Source of the DNA: Candidatus Krumholzibacteriia bacterium
GTDB lineage: Bacteria > Krumholzibacteriota > Krumholzibacteriia > LZORAL124-64-63
Length of the DNA: 32,986 nucleotides
Direction: 5' to 3'
NCBI GenBank assembly: GCA_036351155.1
Contig: JAZBOO010000113.1
Coordinates: forward strand, 1-32,986
Positions within the stretch are counted from its first letter, which is position 1, and every line of letters begins with the position of its first letter. Of this stretch, positions 9,436 through 17,677 are shown in pieces. The translations under genes were made by a program, and so were the position numbers. The notes under the pieces are model-generated. The model saw only the letters and a program-made list of their open reading frames with translations, was not told where the DNA came from and did no database searches.

Positions 9436-10815
9436 ATGACCAGTCTGAAACACATCCAGAACGGAACCCTGGTCACGCCTCAAGGTGTGGTGGCCGGAGG
9501 TCTCCTGATCGATGGCGAAACCATCGCCGCGGTGGGTGAGGTTCAAGATGTGCCGCAGGCCGAGGTGATCGACGCGGCGGGGTGCCTGGTGATTCCCGGG
9601 GGCGTGGATGTGCACACGCACCTGAATCTCAAGCTGGGTGACCGTCAGGTCTCCGACGGCTTTTTCGCCGGCTCGGTGGCCGCGGCCTGGGGCGGGACGA
9701 CAACCATCGTCGACCATCCCGAAGCCGGTCCGGCCGGATGTTCCCTGCTGCATCAACCCGCCTTCTATCGACGGGGGCTTCAGGCTGAATCGGTGATCGA
9801 TTTCGGGATCCACGGGGTTTTTCAGGCGGTGAACCCGGCCATTCTGGATGAAGTGACCACCCTGGTGCAAGAGGGTTATTCCTCGGCCAAGGTCTACCTC
9901 ACCTACGCGAACAAGCTGGATGGCCCGGAAGCGGCCCAGGTCATGGCAACCATGAAAATTGCCGGAGGACTGACCGCTTTCCACGCCGAGTGCGACGAGC
10001 AGATCAACCGCCTCCGCGCCCAGTGTGCCGAGCGTGGCCAGCTGGCTCCGATTTTCCACGCCCGCAGCCGTCCCGATGAAAGCGAAGCCGAAAGCATCCA
10101 GAAGATCGTGGCCATGGTCGAGGAAACCGGTGGCCGGGCCTACATCGTCCATCTTTCGACGGCCAAGGGGCTGGAGGTGATCCGTGCCGCTCAGCGCGCG
10201 GGTCTCGAGGTTCTGGCGGAAACCTGTCCTCAGTATCTCATCCTGGATGAAACCCGGTACGAGCAACCTGATGGCCTGAAGTACATCATGGCGCCGCCCC
10301 TGCGCGATCGAGCCAGCTGTGAGGCGTTGTGGGAGGGGCTGGCCGATGGCTCCATCTCGGTGGTGGCCACCGACCATTGCTCCTTCTCCTACGCGGACAA
10401 GGTGAAGTACGGGGCGCACGACTTCCGGCAGACCCCCGGTGGATGTCCCGGCGTCGAGACACGGCTTCCCCTCCTGTATTCCGAGGGAGTGGTCAAGGGA
10501 CGGATCACTCTGGAGCAGTTCGTTCAGCTGACCAGCACCCGACCTGCCGAGATCATGGGCCTCGCCCCGCGCAAAGGGGCCCTGGAAGTGGGGGCCGATG
10601 CCGATGTGGTGGTCTGGGACCCCCGGTCCACCAAGGTCCTGACCGAGAGCAGCCTGCACCAGCAGTGTGATTATACCCCCTACGAAGACATGACCGTGAC
10701 CGGCTGGCCCCGGATGACCCTGCAGCGAGGGAACATCCTGGTCGCCGGAGAAAAGTTCCTGGGAACGCGGGGTGCGGGACAGTTCCTGCACCGCGGAACC
10801 CACGAAACACCATAG
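9436..10815 (+). CDS. hydA: Dihydropyrimidinase / hydantoinase (HydA/HyuA)
   Basis: PGGVDVHTH, GGTTT, SAKVY (carbamylated Lys), FHAE, VHLST, ETCPQYL, PPLR, ATDHC. Confidence 0.92.
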   Translation: MTSLKHIQNGTLVTPQGVVAGGLLIDGETIAAVGEVQDVPQAEVIDAAGCLVIPGGVDVHTHLNLKLGDRQVSDGFFAGSVAAAWGGTTTIVDHPEAGPAGCSLLHQPAFYRRGLQAESVIDFGIHGVFQAVNPAILDEVTTLVQEGYSSAKVYLTYANKLDGPEAAQVMATMKIAGGLTAFHAECDEQINRLRAQCAERGQLAPIFHARSRPDESEAESIQKIVAMVEETGGRAYIVHLSTAKGLEVIRAAQRAGLEVLAETCPQYLILDETRYEQPDGLKYIMAPPLRDRASCEALWEGLADGSISVVATDHCSFSYADKVKYGAHDFRQTPGGCPGVETRLPLLYSEGVVKGRITLEQFVQLTSTRPAEIMGLAPRKGALEVGADADVVVWDPRSTKVLTESSLHQQCDYTPYEDMTVTGWPRMTLQRGNILVAGEKFLGTRGAGQFLHRGTHETP

Positions 10816-10839
10816 CCAGGTCCCCATGGAGGCTTGATG

Positions 10840-13800
10840 ATGAGTAGCGACCAGTTCACCTGCACGTCCCTGGAAACCCTGTTCAAGTGGATCTCGTGCT
10901 ACGAGAAAGAGGGCGAGATCCTGGGCATCTCCAGGGATCTTTTTTTCATGCCCGGCAAGGGTGATCCCTTCGGGATGGAACGCTACGGGCAGCACCTGGA
11001 AACACCCCTGGGCGTGGCGGCCGGACCGCACACCCAGCTTTCGCAGAACCTCATCAGCGCCTGGTTGACCGGGGCCCGTTACATGGAACTGAAAACCGTG
11101 CAGGTGCTGGACGAGCTGGAGGTGACCAAGCCGTGCATCGACATGTCGGACGAGGGCTACAACTGTGAATGGTCCCAGGAACTCAAGCTGGACCAGTCCT
11201 TCGATGAATACCTGAACGGCTGGATCATGCTGCACGTTCTGCGGGACCGCCTCGGCCTTCCTGCAGATGAGAGCGGCTTCATCTTCAACATGAGTGTGGG
11301 GTACAACCTCGAGGGCATCATGAGCGCCCCGGTGCAGCGCTGGCTGGACCGCATGGCCGACTGCAGCAAGGAGCTGGCGGCCAAGATCGAGGAGATCGCG
11401 GCCTTCTATCCGCGTATCCGCCAGGTGAACATCCCCTCCTGCATCACCCGGAACATCACCATTTCCACCATGCACGGCTGCCCTCCCGAGGAAACCGAAT
11501 CCATCGGGCGTTACTTCATCGAAGAGCGCAAGCTGGACACGACCATCAAGCTGAACCCCACCCTGCTGGGGCCCACCAAGCTGCGGCAAATTTTGAACGA
11601 CAAGCTGGAGTTCGAAACCGTGGTTCCGGACCTGGCCTTCGATCATGACCTGAAGTACGAGGCGGGCCTGGAACTGATCCGGTCCCTTCAGGAAAGTGCG
11701 GCCAAGGTGGGGGTGGCTTTCAACCTGAAGCTGACCAACACCCTGGAGACCACCAACCTGCAGCAGAATCTGCCCAAATCCGAGCAGATGGTCTACATGA
11801 GCGGGCGGGCCCTGCATCCGGTCAGCATCAACCTGGCGGCCAAGCTGCAGCGCGAGTTCAAGGGCCAGCTGGACATTTCTTTCTCCGGCGGGGTCGATTG
11901 TTTCAACATTGCCGACACCTTGAAGTGCGGCCTCATGCCGGTGACCATCTGTTCCGACGTGTTGAAGCCGGGAGGCTACGGCAGGATGAGCCAGTACCTG
12001 GACACTCTGTCCGCTGCGTTTGCAGAGGTGGGGGCCGCTTCCATCGAGGAGTACATCCTCAGGAGCGCCGGTATGGACAACTTGCAGGACGCCATCGTGG
12101 CCAACCTGACCCGCTACGCGGACGAAGTGGTGGAGAATAAATATTACAAGAAAACCGAGTATCCGTACGAGTCGGTCAAGACCGCGCGCCCTCTGGAGTT
12201 CTTCGACTGTGCCGCGGCTCCCTGCATGAGCGAGTGCCCGGCCGGTCAGGAAATCCCCCGTTACCTGAACTACGTGGCCACGGGCGACCTGGACCGGGCT
12301 TATCGGACGGTGCTGGCCACCAATCCCTTCCCCAATGTCCAGGGGATGGTCTGTGACCATGCCTGCCAGTCCAAGTGCACCCGGATCAACTATGAAAAGC
12401 CCCTCCTGATCCGGGAGATCAAGCGGTACATCGCCGACAAGTTCAGCCGCGAGCTGCCCCGGCCGGCCGCTTCCAACGGGGTGAAGGTGTCGATCATCGG
12501 GGCGGGCCCCTCGGGCCTGTCCTGCGCGCACTTCCTGGCTCTGTCGGGTTACACGGTGGACCTCTACGAGGCCAAGGGATTCCTGGGAGGGATGGCCGCC
12601 GATGGGATCCCGGTATTCCGCCTGGATGACGATCGGTTGAAAAAGGATATCGACGGCATCATTGCCCTGGGAGTGAATGTCCACCTGAATGCGCGAATCA
12701 CCCGGGTAAAGTTCGCGGAAATCCAGGAGGCCAGTGACTACGTCTACGTGGCCGTGGGGGCCCAGAAGAGCATGCCTCTGGACATACCCGGGATCGAAAG
12801 CGTGGGCGTATTCGATCAGCTGACCTTCCTCAGCAAGGTCCGGATGCACCAGGAACTGCCGGCCGCCCGGAAAATTATTGTGATCGGGGCCGGGAATTCC
12901 GCCATGGATGCAGCGCGGACCGCCAAGCGACTTGTGGGGCAGAAGGGCGAAGTGACCATTGTTTACCGCCGCACCCGCCGGGAAATGCCCTGCGATCCCG
13001 AAGAGGTGCGCGGCGCTCTGGAGGAGGGGATTCAGCTGGTGGAACTGGCCGCCCCCGAGGCCATTGTGACCGAGAACGGCAAGGTCCAGGGCCTGAGCGT
13101 CAGCCGGATGAAACTGGGTGAACCCGATGCCAGCGGCCGGGCCCGACCCCTCAAGATCGAGGATTCCGAGTACGTGATCGAAGCCGACATGGTGATTCCC
13201 GCCATCGGGCAAAAGGTGATCCTGGATTTCTACCCCAAGGACAAGCTGACGGTGGATCCCGAGACAGGCGAAACGGATATTGCCAACGTTTTCGCCGGGG
13301 GCGATGCCATGCGGGGGGCTTCCAGCCTGATCAATGCCATTGCCGACGGCCAGAGAGTCGCCGTCCAGATCGTGAAGAAGGCAGGCAAGGAGCACCTGCA
13401 GTTCCACTCTCCCGAGGACAATCGGAACCTGGATCTGGGTCAGCTGAAAGTGCTGCAAGCTCGGCGCGATTTCGGGTCGGGGCTGCCCGAGGTGGCACCG
13501 GACGAGCGGATCAACTTCGATCTCTTCATGGGGACACTCAACGATGAGGAAGCGAAGGCCGAAGCGGCGCGCTGCCTGCAGTGCGACCTGGTCTGCAACG
13601 TGTGCACCACCGTCTGTCCCAACCGCAGCAATGTTCATTACTCCATGGAACCGGTGACCATTCCGGTCCAGCGGGCGGCCCAGGTTGACGGCAAGATCGA
13701 GATTGTCCAGGGCGATCCGGTCACCATCGGGCAGCCCTACCAGATCATCAACATTGGCGACTACTGCAACGAATGTGGCAACTGCACCACTTTCTGCCCC

Positions 13801-14139
13801 ACCGCAGGCCAGCCTTTCCGGGACAAACCAAAGTTCCACCTGACGCAGGAGAGCTTCGACAACGCGGATTTCGGTTTCTACTTTGCCGAGCCCGGTGTGA
13901 TGAAGATCAAGGAAGAATCCGGGTTCTCGGAGCTGAAGGAAAGTGACGGGACCTTCCACTTTACCGGCCGTGGATTCGGCGCCAAGCTGAACGCGGAAAC
14001 TCTTCAGGTCCAGGAGGTGACCTTTGATGAAGCAGGTGAGCGAAGCGCCGAGCTTCTGCCCGTGGCCGAGTTCATCGTGCTGTACAGGAATGTCCGGAAA
14101 ATGGCCCCATTTGCCGCATTGAAAATGGAGTCGATCTGA
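10840..14139 (+). CDS. ygfK: YgfK flavin/Fe-S oxidoreductase (annotated as putative selenate reductase subunit)
   Basis: N-terminal DHOD-like barrel (GVAAGPHTQ, ELKTVQ, KLNPTLLG, KLTNTL, MSGRAL), GltD-like Fe-S/FAD region (CMSECP, CDHACQSKC, GAGPSG, GAGNSAMD), C-terminal ferredoxin (CLQCDLVCNVCTTVCP, CNECGNCTTFCP). ATG 10840 is 7 nt after GGAGG. Confidence 0.93.
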   Translation: MSSDQFTCTSLETLFKWISCYEKEGEILGISRDLFFMPGKGDPFGMERYGQHLETPLGVAAGPHTQLSQNLISAWLTGARYMELKTVQVLDELEVTKPCIDMSDEGYNCEWSQELKLDQSFDEYLNGWIMLHVLRDRLGLPADESGFIFNMSVGYNLEGIMSAPVQRWLDRMADCSKELAAKIEEIAAFYPRIRQVNIPSCITRNITISTMHGCPPEETESIGRYFIEERKLDTTIKLNPTLLGPTKLRQILNDKLEFETVVPDLAFDHDLKYEAGLELIRSLQESAAKVGVAFNLKLTNTLETTNLQQNLPKSEQMVYMSGRALHPVSINLAAKLQREFKGQLDISFSGGVDCFNIADTLKCGLMPVTICSDVLKPGGYGRMSQYLDTLSAAFAEVGAASIEEYILRSAGMDNLQDAIVANLTRYADEVVENKYYKKTEYPYESVKTARPLEFFDCAAAPCMSECPAGQEIPRYLNYVATGDLDRAYRTVLATNPFPNVQGMVCDHACQSKCTRINYEKPLLIREIKRYIADKFSRELPRPAASNGVKVSIIGAGPSGLSCAHFLALSGYTVDLYEAKGFLGGMAADGIPVFRLDDDRLKKDIDGIIALGVNVHLNARITRVKFAEIQEASDYVYVAVGAQKSMPLDIPGIESVGVFDQLTFLSKVRMHQELPAARKIIVIGAGNSAMDAARTAKRLVGQKGEVTIVYRRTRREMPCDPEEVRGALEEGIQLVELAAPEAIVTENGKVQGLSVSRMKLGEPDASGRARPLKIEDSEYVIEADMVIPAIGQKVILDFYPKDKLTVDPETGETDIANVFAGGDAMRGASSLINAIADGQRVAVQIVKKAGKEHLQFHSPEDNRNLDLGQLKVLQARRDFGSGLPEVAPDERINFDLFMGTLNDEEAKAEAARCLQCDLVCNVCTTVCPNRSNVHYSMEPVTIPVQRAAQVDGKIEIVQGDPVTIGQPYQIINIGDYCNECGNCTTFCPTAGQPFRDKPKFHLTQESFDNADFGFYFAEPGVMKIKEESGFSELKESDGTFHFTGRGFGAKLNAETLQVQEVTFDEAGERSAELLPVAEFIVLYRNVRKMAPFAALKMESI

Positions 14140-14147
14140 GCAGAGCC

Positions 14148-14175
14148 GCAGTTTGCTGAAAACTGCACGTTTTTT
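14148..14175 (+). terminator. Weak intrinsic terminator/attenuator between ygfK and the permease
   Basis: GCAGTTT-GCTGA-AAACTGC 7-bp hairpin, then ACG and T6. Confidence 0.5.
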
Positions 14176-14219
14176 CCTCAACCCAAACGCTCGTAGGGAA
14201 ACACCACAGGAGGCTGTTC

Positions 14220-15638
14220 ATGTCCAAGGCACAGACACCCAATCACTTCGAATCGGAGATGGTCTACGGACTGGATGATCGACCCCCACTGGGAGCATCC
14301 CTGTTTGCAGGGGCCCAGCATTTCCTGGCGATCATTGTCGGGATCATGACTCCGCCGCTGATCATCGGCAACGCCCTGGGGTACCCCCCGGACACGGTGG
14401 CCTACCTGATCAGCATGTCGCTGTTCGTTTCCGGACTGGCCACTTTCGTTCAGTGCAAGCGCATCGGCCCCGTGGGCTCGGGCCTCCTGAGTATCCAGGG
14501 CACCAGCTTTGCTTTCCTGGGCACCATCATCGCCATCGGGTTCGACCTCAAGGGCCGGGGCGTGGAGCCCGACGCGGTCCTGGCCACCATCTTCGGTGTG
14601 GCCTTCTTCGGCTCGTTCGTGGAAATGATTCTCAGCCGGTTCCTGCCCTATCTGCGGAAGATCATCACGCCGCTGGTCAGCGGTATCGTGGTGACCTTGA
14701 TCGGTCTGAGCCTGATCAAGGTGGGCATCAGCGATTTCGGCGGCGGCGTCTGGTTGTTGAACAACAAACCGGAACTGTTTGCCAGCGCGACCAACCTCAG
14801 CCTGGCCTTCCTGGTTCTGGCGATCATCGTGATCCTGAACCGCAGCAAGAACCAGTACCTGCGCATGGGGGCCATCGTCATCGGTCTGGCCGTGGGTTAT
14901 GCCGTGGCGGCCTATCTGGGCAAGGTGGACTTTGCCAAGCTGAGCTCGGCGCCCATGCTGGCCATTCCCCAGCCCTTCAAGTTCGGTTTCTGGAAGTTTG
15001 ACATCGGTGCCTTCATTCCCCTGGCCTTCCTGTACATCATCACCACCGTCGAAACCATCGGTGACCTCACGGCCACTTCGATGATTTCCAAGCAGCCGAT
15101 CGAGGGTGACAAGTACATGAAGACCATTCAGCGGGGTGTGCTGGCCGATGGCACGAACTCGGCCATGGCGGCCTTCTTCAACTGCTTCCCCGTGACCACC
15201 TTCAGCCAGAACAACGGCGTGATCCAGCTGACCGGAGTGGCCAGCCGCTACGTGGGCTTCTACATTGCCGGTTTCCTGGTCCTGTGCGGTGTGGTGCCCT
15301 TCGTGGCCACTCTGTTCAGTATCATTCCCAACTCGGTGCTCGGTGGAGCCACCATCTTGATGTTCGGAACGGTGGCGGCCGCCGGCATCAAGATCATCGC
15401 CTCCAACACGATCAACCGTCGCGGCATGATGATCATCGCCATCTCCATGGGCCTGGGACTGGGCGTGGCCTTCGTGCCCGAGATCCTCAACCCCTTCCCG
15501 GCGGTCATCAAGAGCATCTTCGGGTCCTCGATCACCACCGGTGGGTTGACGGCCATGCTTTGCAATGCCATTCTGCCTCGCAACGAAGAAGCGTTGAAGC
15601 CGATTTCCGATGAACCGGATATGGTGGATGCGGCCTAG
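14220..15638 (+). CDS. NCS2/NAT-family xanthine/urate permease (XanP/XanQ-like)
   Basis: QH motif in TM1 (AQHFLA), ETIGD, NAT signature FSQNNGVIQLTG, many hydrophobic segments; AGGAGG RBS. Confidence 0.93.
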   Translation: MSKAQTPNHFESEMVYGLDDRPPLGASLFAGAQHFLAIIVGIMTPPLIIGNALGYPPDTVAYLISMSLFVSGLATFVQCKRIGPVGSGLLSIQGTSFAFLGTIIAIGFDLKGRGVEPDAVLATIFGVAFFGSFVEMILSRFLPYLRKIITPLVSGIVVTLIGLSLIKVGISDFGGGVWLLNNKPELFASATNLSLAFLVLAIIVILNRSKNQYLRMGAIVIGLAVGYAVAAYLGKVDFAKLSSAPMLAIPQPFKFGFWKFDIGAFIPLAFLYIITTVETIGDLTATSMISKQPIEGDKYMKTIQRGVLADGTNSAMAAFFNCFPVTTFSQNNGVIQLTGVASRYVGFYIAGFLVLCGVVPFVATLFSIIPNSVLGGATILMFGTVAAAGIKIIASNTINRRGMMIIAISMGLGLGVAFVPEILNPFPAVIKSIFGSSITTGGLTAMLCNAILPRNEEALKPISDEPDMVDAA

Positions 15639-15649
15639 TCTGCGATATC

Positions 15650-15678
15650 TCCCGGGGCCCTGTGCGGGGGCCCCGGGA
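15650..15678. other. Perfect 11-bp GC-rich intergenic hairpin without U-tract
   Basis: TCCCGGGGCCC (15650-15660) and GGGCCCCGGGA (15668-15678). Confidence 0.6.
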
Positions 15679-15695
15679 AAACCAGAAGGATGTCG

Positions 15696-16403
15696 ATGAG
15701 TACCAACCCGGACTTCGACAAGTTGCGGATCGGTTTCGGACCGGTGGAGCGAAAGATTATCGAGTCCCATCGCGGAATTGTCGATGGGATTGCGCTTTTC
15801 ATGGGGACCCATTGCGAAGTGGCGCTTCTCAGCCTGGAAGAGCCCGAAAAAGCCCTGGTCATGATCCGAAACGGGCATCACACCAACCGAGAAGTGGGTG
15901 CCCCCCTCACAGAAACGGCCGCCGAGCTGTTGCTGAAGTTCCAGCAAACCGGCCGGCAACCTGACTCCTGTTACACCACCACCAGCAGCAAGGGCGCGCC
16001 CATGCGCTCAGTTTTCTCGGTGATCACCAACGGTGACCGCCCCATTGGCTTGCTCAACATCAACTTCAACATGAATGTCCCCCTGGCGGATTTCATCTCC
16101 ACGTTCAGCCTGTTCAGCAGTGGCCAGCAGGAGATCCGGCCCGACACCGACCGCACCTCCACCAGTCCGGTGGACGACCTGGTGCACCAGGCTGTGTCAG
16201 AGGTGGTCCAGGATATCAGCAGAGACATTCGCATTCCCAACCACGAGAAGAACAAGTACATCGTGTTTGGCCTGCAGGAGAAGGGCATCTTCGACATCAA
16301 GGGCGCCGTGATGATGGTGGCCGATGAGCTGAAGCTGTCCAAGTTCACCATCTACAGCTATATCCGGGAAATGAGGGACAACCCGCCCGGGCCATCCAGT
16401 TGA
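15696..16403 (+). CDS. YheO/DauR-like transcriptional regulator (PAS + C-terminal HTH)
   Basis: GTHCEVALLSL, IRNGHHTNREVGAPLT, IGLLNINFN; C-terminal LQEKGIFDIKGAV..VADELKLSKFTIYSYI. ATG 15696 after AAGGA (15690 possible). Confidence 0.9.
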   Translation: MSTNPDFDKLRIGFGPVERKIIESHRGIVDGIALFMGTHCEVALLSLEEPEKALVMIRNGHHTNREVGAPLTETAAELLLKFQQTGRQPDSCYTTTSSKGAPMRSVFSVITNGDRPIGLLNINFNMNVPLADFISTFSLFSSGQQEIRPDTDRTSTSPVDDLVHQAVSEVVQDISRDIRIPNHEKNKYIVFGLQEKGIFDIKGAVMMVADELKLSKFTIYSYIREMRDNPPGPSS

Positions 16404-16420
16404 TGGGGCGAAAGAGTCAC

Positions 16421-17596
16421 ATGAAATTTTCCTATGTCTGTTCCGAGTGCGGGGTCGGGTACGAAATCAGTCCCACCCTCATGGTATGCCCCGGCTGTGC
16501 CGCTGCACAGAAGTCCGATGAACCGGTCCGCGGCATCCTCGAAGTGGCCCTGGAGGGAAAGACCACTGCGGACTTCGACGTTCACGACCTGCTTCCCGTT
16601 GCGCGATCTTACTTTCCGGCCATCCCCGTGGGGAACACGCCCCTTTGGGAGCCCGAACGCTTGCGCCGAGATCTGGGCTTTCCCGGGTTGCACATCAAGG
16701 ATGATGGGGTGAACCCGACCTTCTCCTTCAAGGATCGGGCTTCTTACCTGGTCTCGGCATTCGCCCGGAGTTTCGGGATCAATGAAATCGTTCTGGCCTC
16801 GACCGGCAATGCCGGGTCATCCATGGCCGGCATTGGCGCTGCGGCCGGTCAAAATATTACTATTTTCCTGCCCGAGACGGCTCCGGAAGCGAAAATTGTC
16901 CAGGCTCTTCAGTATGGAGCCACGGTGCACAAGGTGCGTGGGAACTACGACCTGGCCTACGATTTTTCCCTGGAGTATTCCCGCCTCAAGGGGGGGATGA
17001 ACCGGAACACCGCCTACAACCCCATGACGATTGAGGGAAAGAAGACGGTTTCCCTGGAAGTTTATCAGCAGCTGGGGGAAGCCCCCGACTACGTCTTCGT
17101 GTCCACGGGAGATGGTTGCATTCTGGCGGGCGTCCTCAAGGGCTTCCGTGACCTGCACCAGCTGGGACTGATCGGCAAGGTGCCTGAGGTCTATTCCGTT
17201 CAGGCCGAGACCAGCGATGCCCTGTTCCGGGCGCAGCGACTGGGCACCTTCGAGAACAGGCCCACCTCAACGGTGGCCGACTCCATCTGTGTGGATGTGC
17301 CCCGCAACGGATATCATGCCCTGAAATTGATCGGCGATCTGAAGGGGCGGGTCATCCGGGTTTCCGATCAGCAAATTTTGAATGCCCAGCATGAACTGGC
17401 CGCAGGCGCGGGGCTATTCAGTGAGCCGGCCGGGGCGGCGGCCTATGCCGGATTCCTGTCGGTGAAGGAAGACCTGGATCCGGAGGCCAAGGTGGTGGTG
17501 CTGGCCACGGGCAATGGGCTCAAGGATGTGGCTTCTGCCCTGAAAGGCGTGGCCGCTCCGCAGGCGGCGATCAGTCGTCTCGAGGAAATCTTGTAA
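16421..17596 (+). CDS. Threonine synthase-like PLP enzyme with N-terminal Zn ribbon
   Basis: CSEC...CPGC, GNTPL, NPTFSFKDRAS (PLP Lys), ASTGNAG, IEGKKT, STGDG, SEPAGAAA, TGNGLKD. Confidence 0.85.
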   Translation: MKFSYVCSECGVGYEISPTLMVCPGCAAAQKSDEPVRGILEVALEGKTTADFDVHDLLPVARSYFPAIPVGNTPLWEPERLRRDLGFPGLHIKDDGVNPTFSFKDRASYLVSAFARSFGINEIVLASTGNAGSSMAGIGAAAGQNITIFLPETAPEAKIVQALQYGATVHKVRGNYDLAYDFSLEYSRLKGGMNRNTAYNPMTIEGKKTVSLEVYQQLGEAPDYVFVSTGDGCILAGVLKGFRDLHQLGLIGKVPEVYSVQAETSDALFRAQRLGTFENRPTSTVADSICVDVPRNGYHALKLIGDLKGRVIRVSDQQILNAQHELAAGAGLFSEPAGAAAYAGFLSVKEDLDPEAKVVVLATGNGLKDVASALKGVAAPQAAISRLEEIL

Positions 17597-17620
17597 TATT
17601 GATCCCACCCCATGCCGACC

Positions 17621-17653
17621 AAAAAGAAAGCCCCCTTGCGGGGGCTTTCCTTT
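17621..17653. terminator. Bidirectional intrinsic terminator between convergent genes
   Basis: AAAAA-GAAAGCCCCC-TTGC-GGGGGCTTTC-CTTT; 10-bp stem flanked by A-run and T-rich tail. Confidence 0.85.
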
Positions 17654-17677
17654 ACTCTGTCCAGTGGTCAGGTCAGG

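Noticed and set aside
10840..14139. Selenate respiration or selenocysteine recoding suggested by ygfK/xdh labels
   Set aside because: No in-frame TGA interrupts these ORFs; 'selenate reductase' is a legacy label and the context indicates purine catabolism.
9283..14181. 1632-aa minus-strand ORF
   Set aside because: Codon-mirrored antisense shadow of hydA and ygfK, which share a frame; expected from GC-rich codon bias, with no recognisable motifs.
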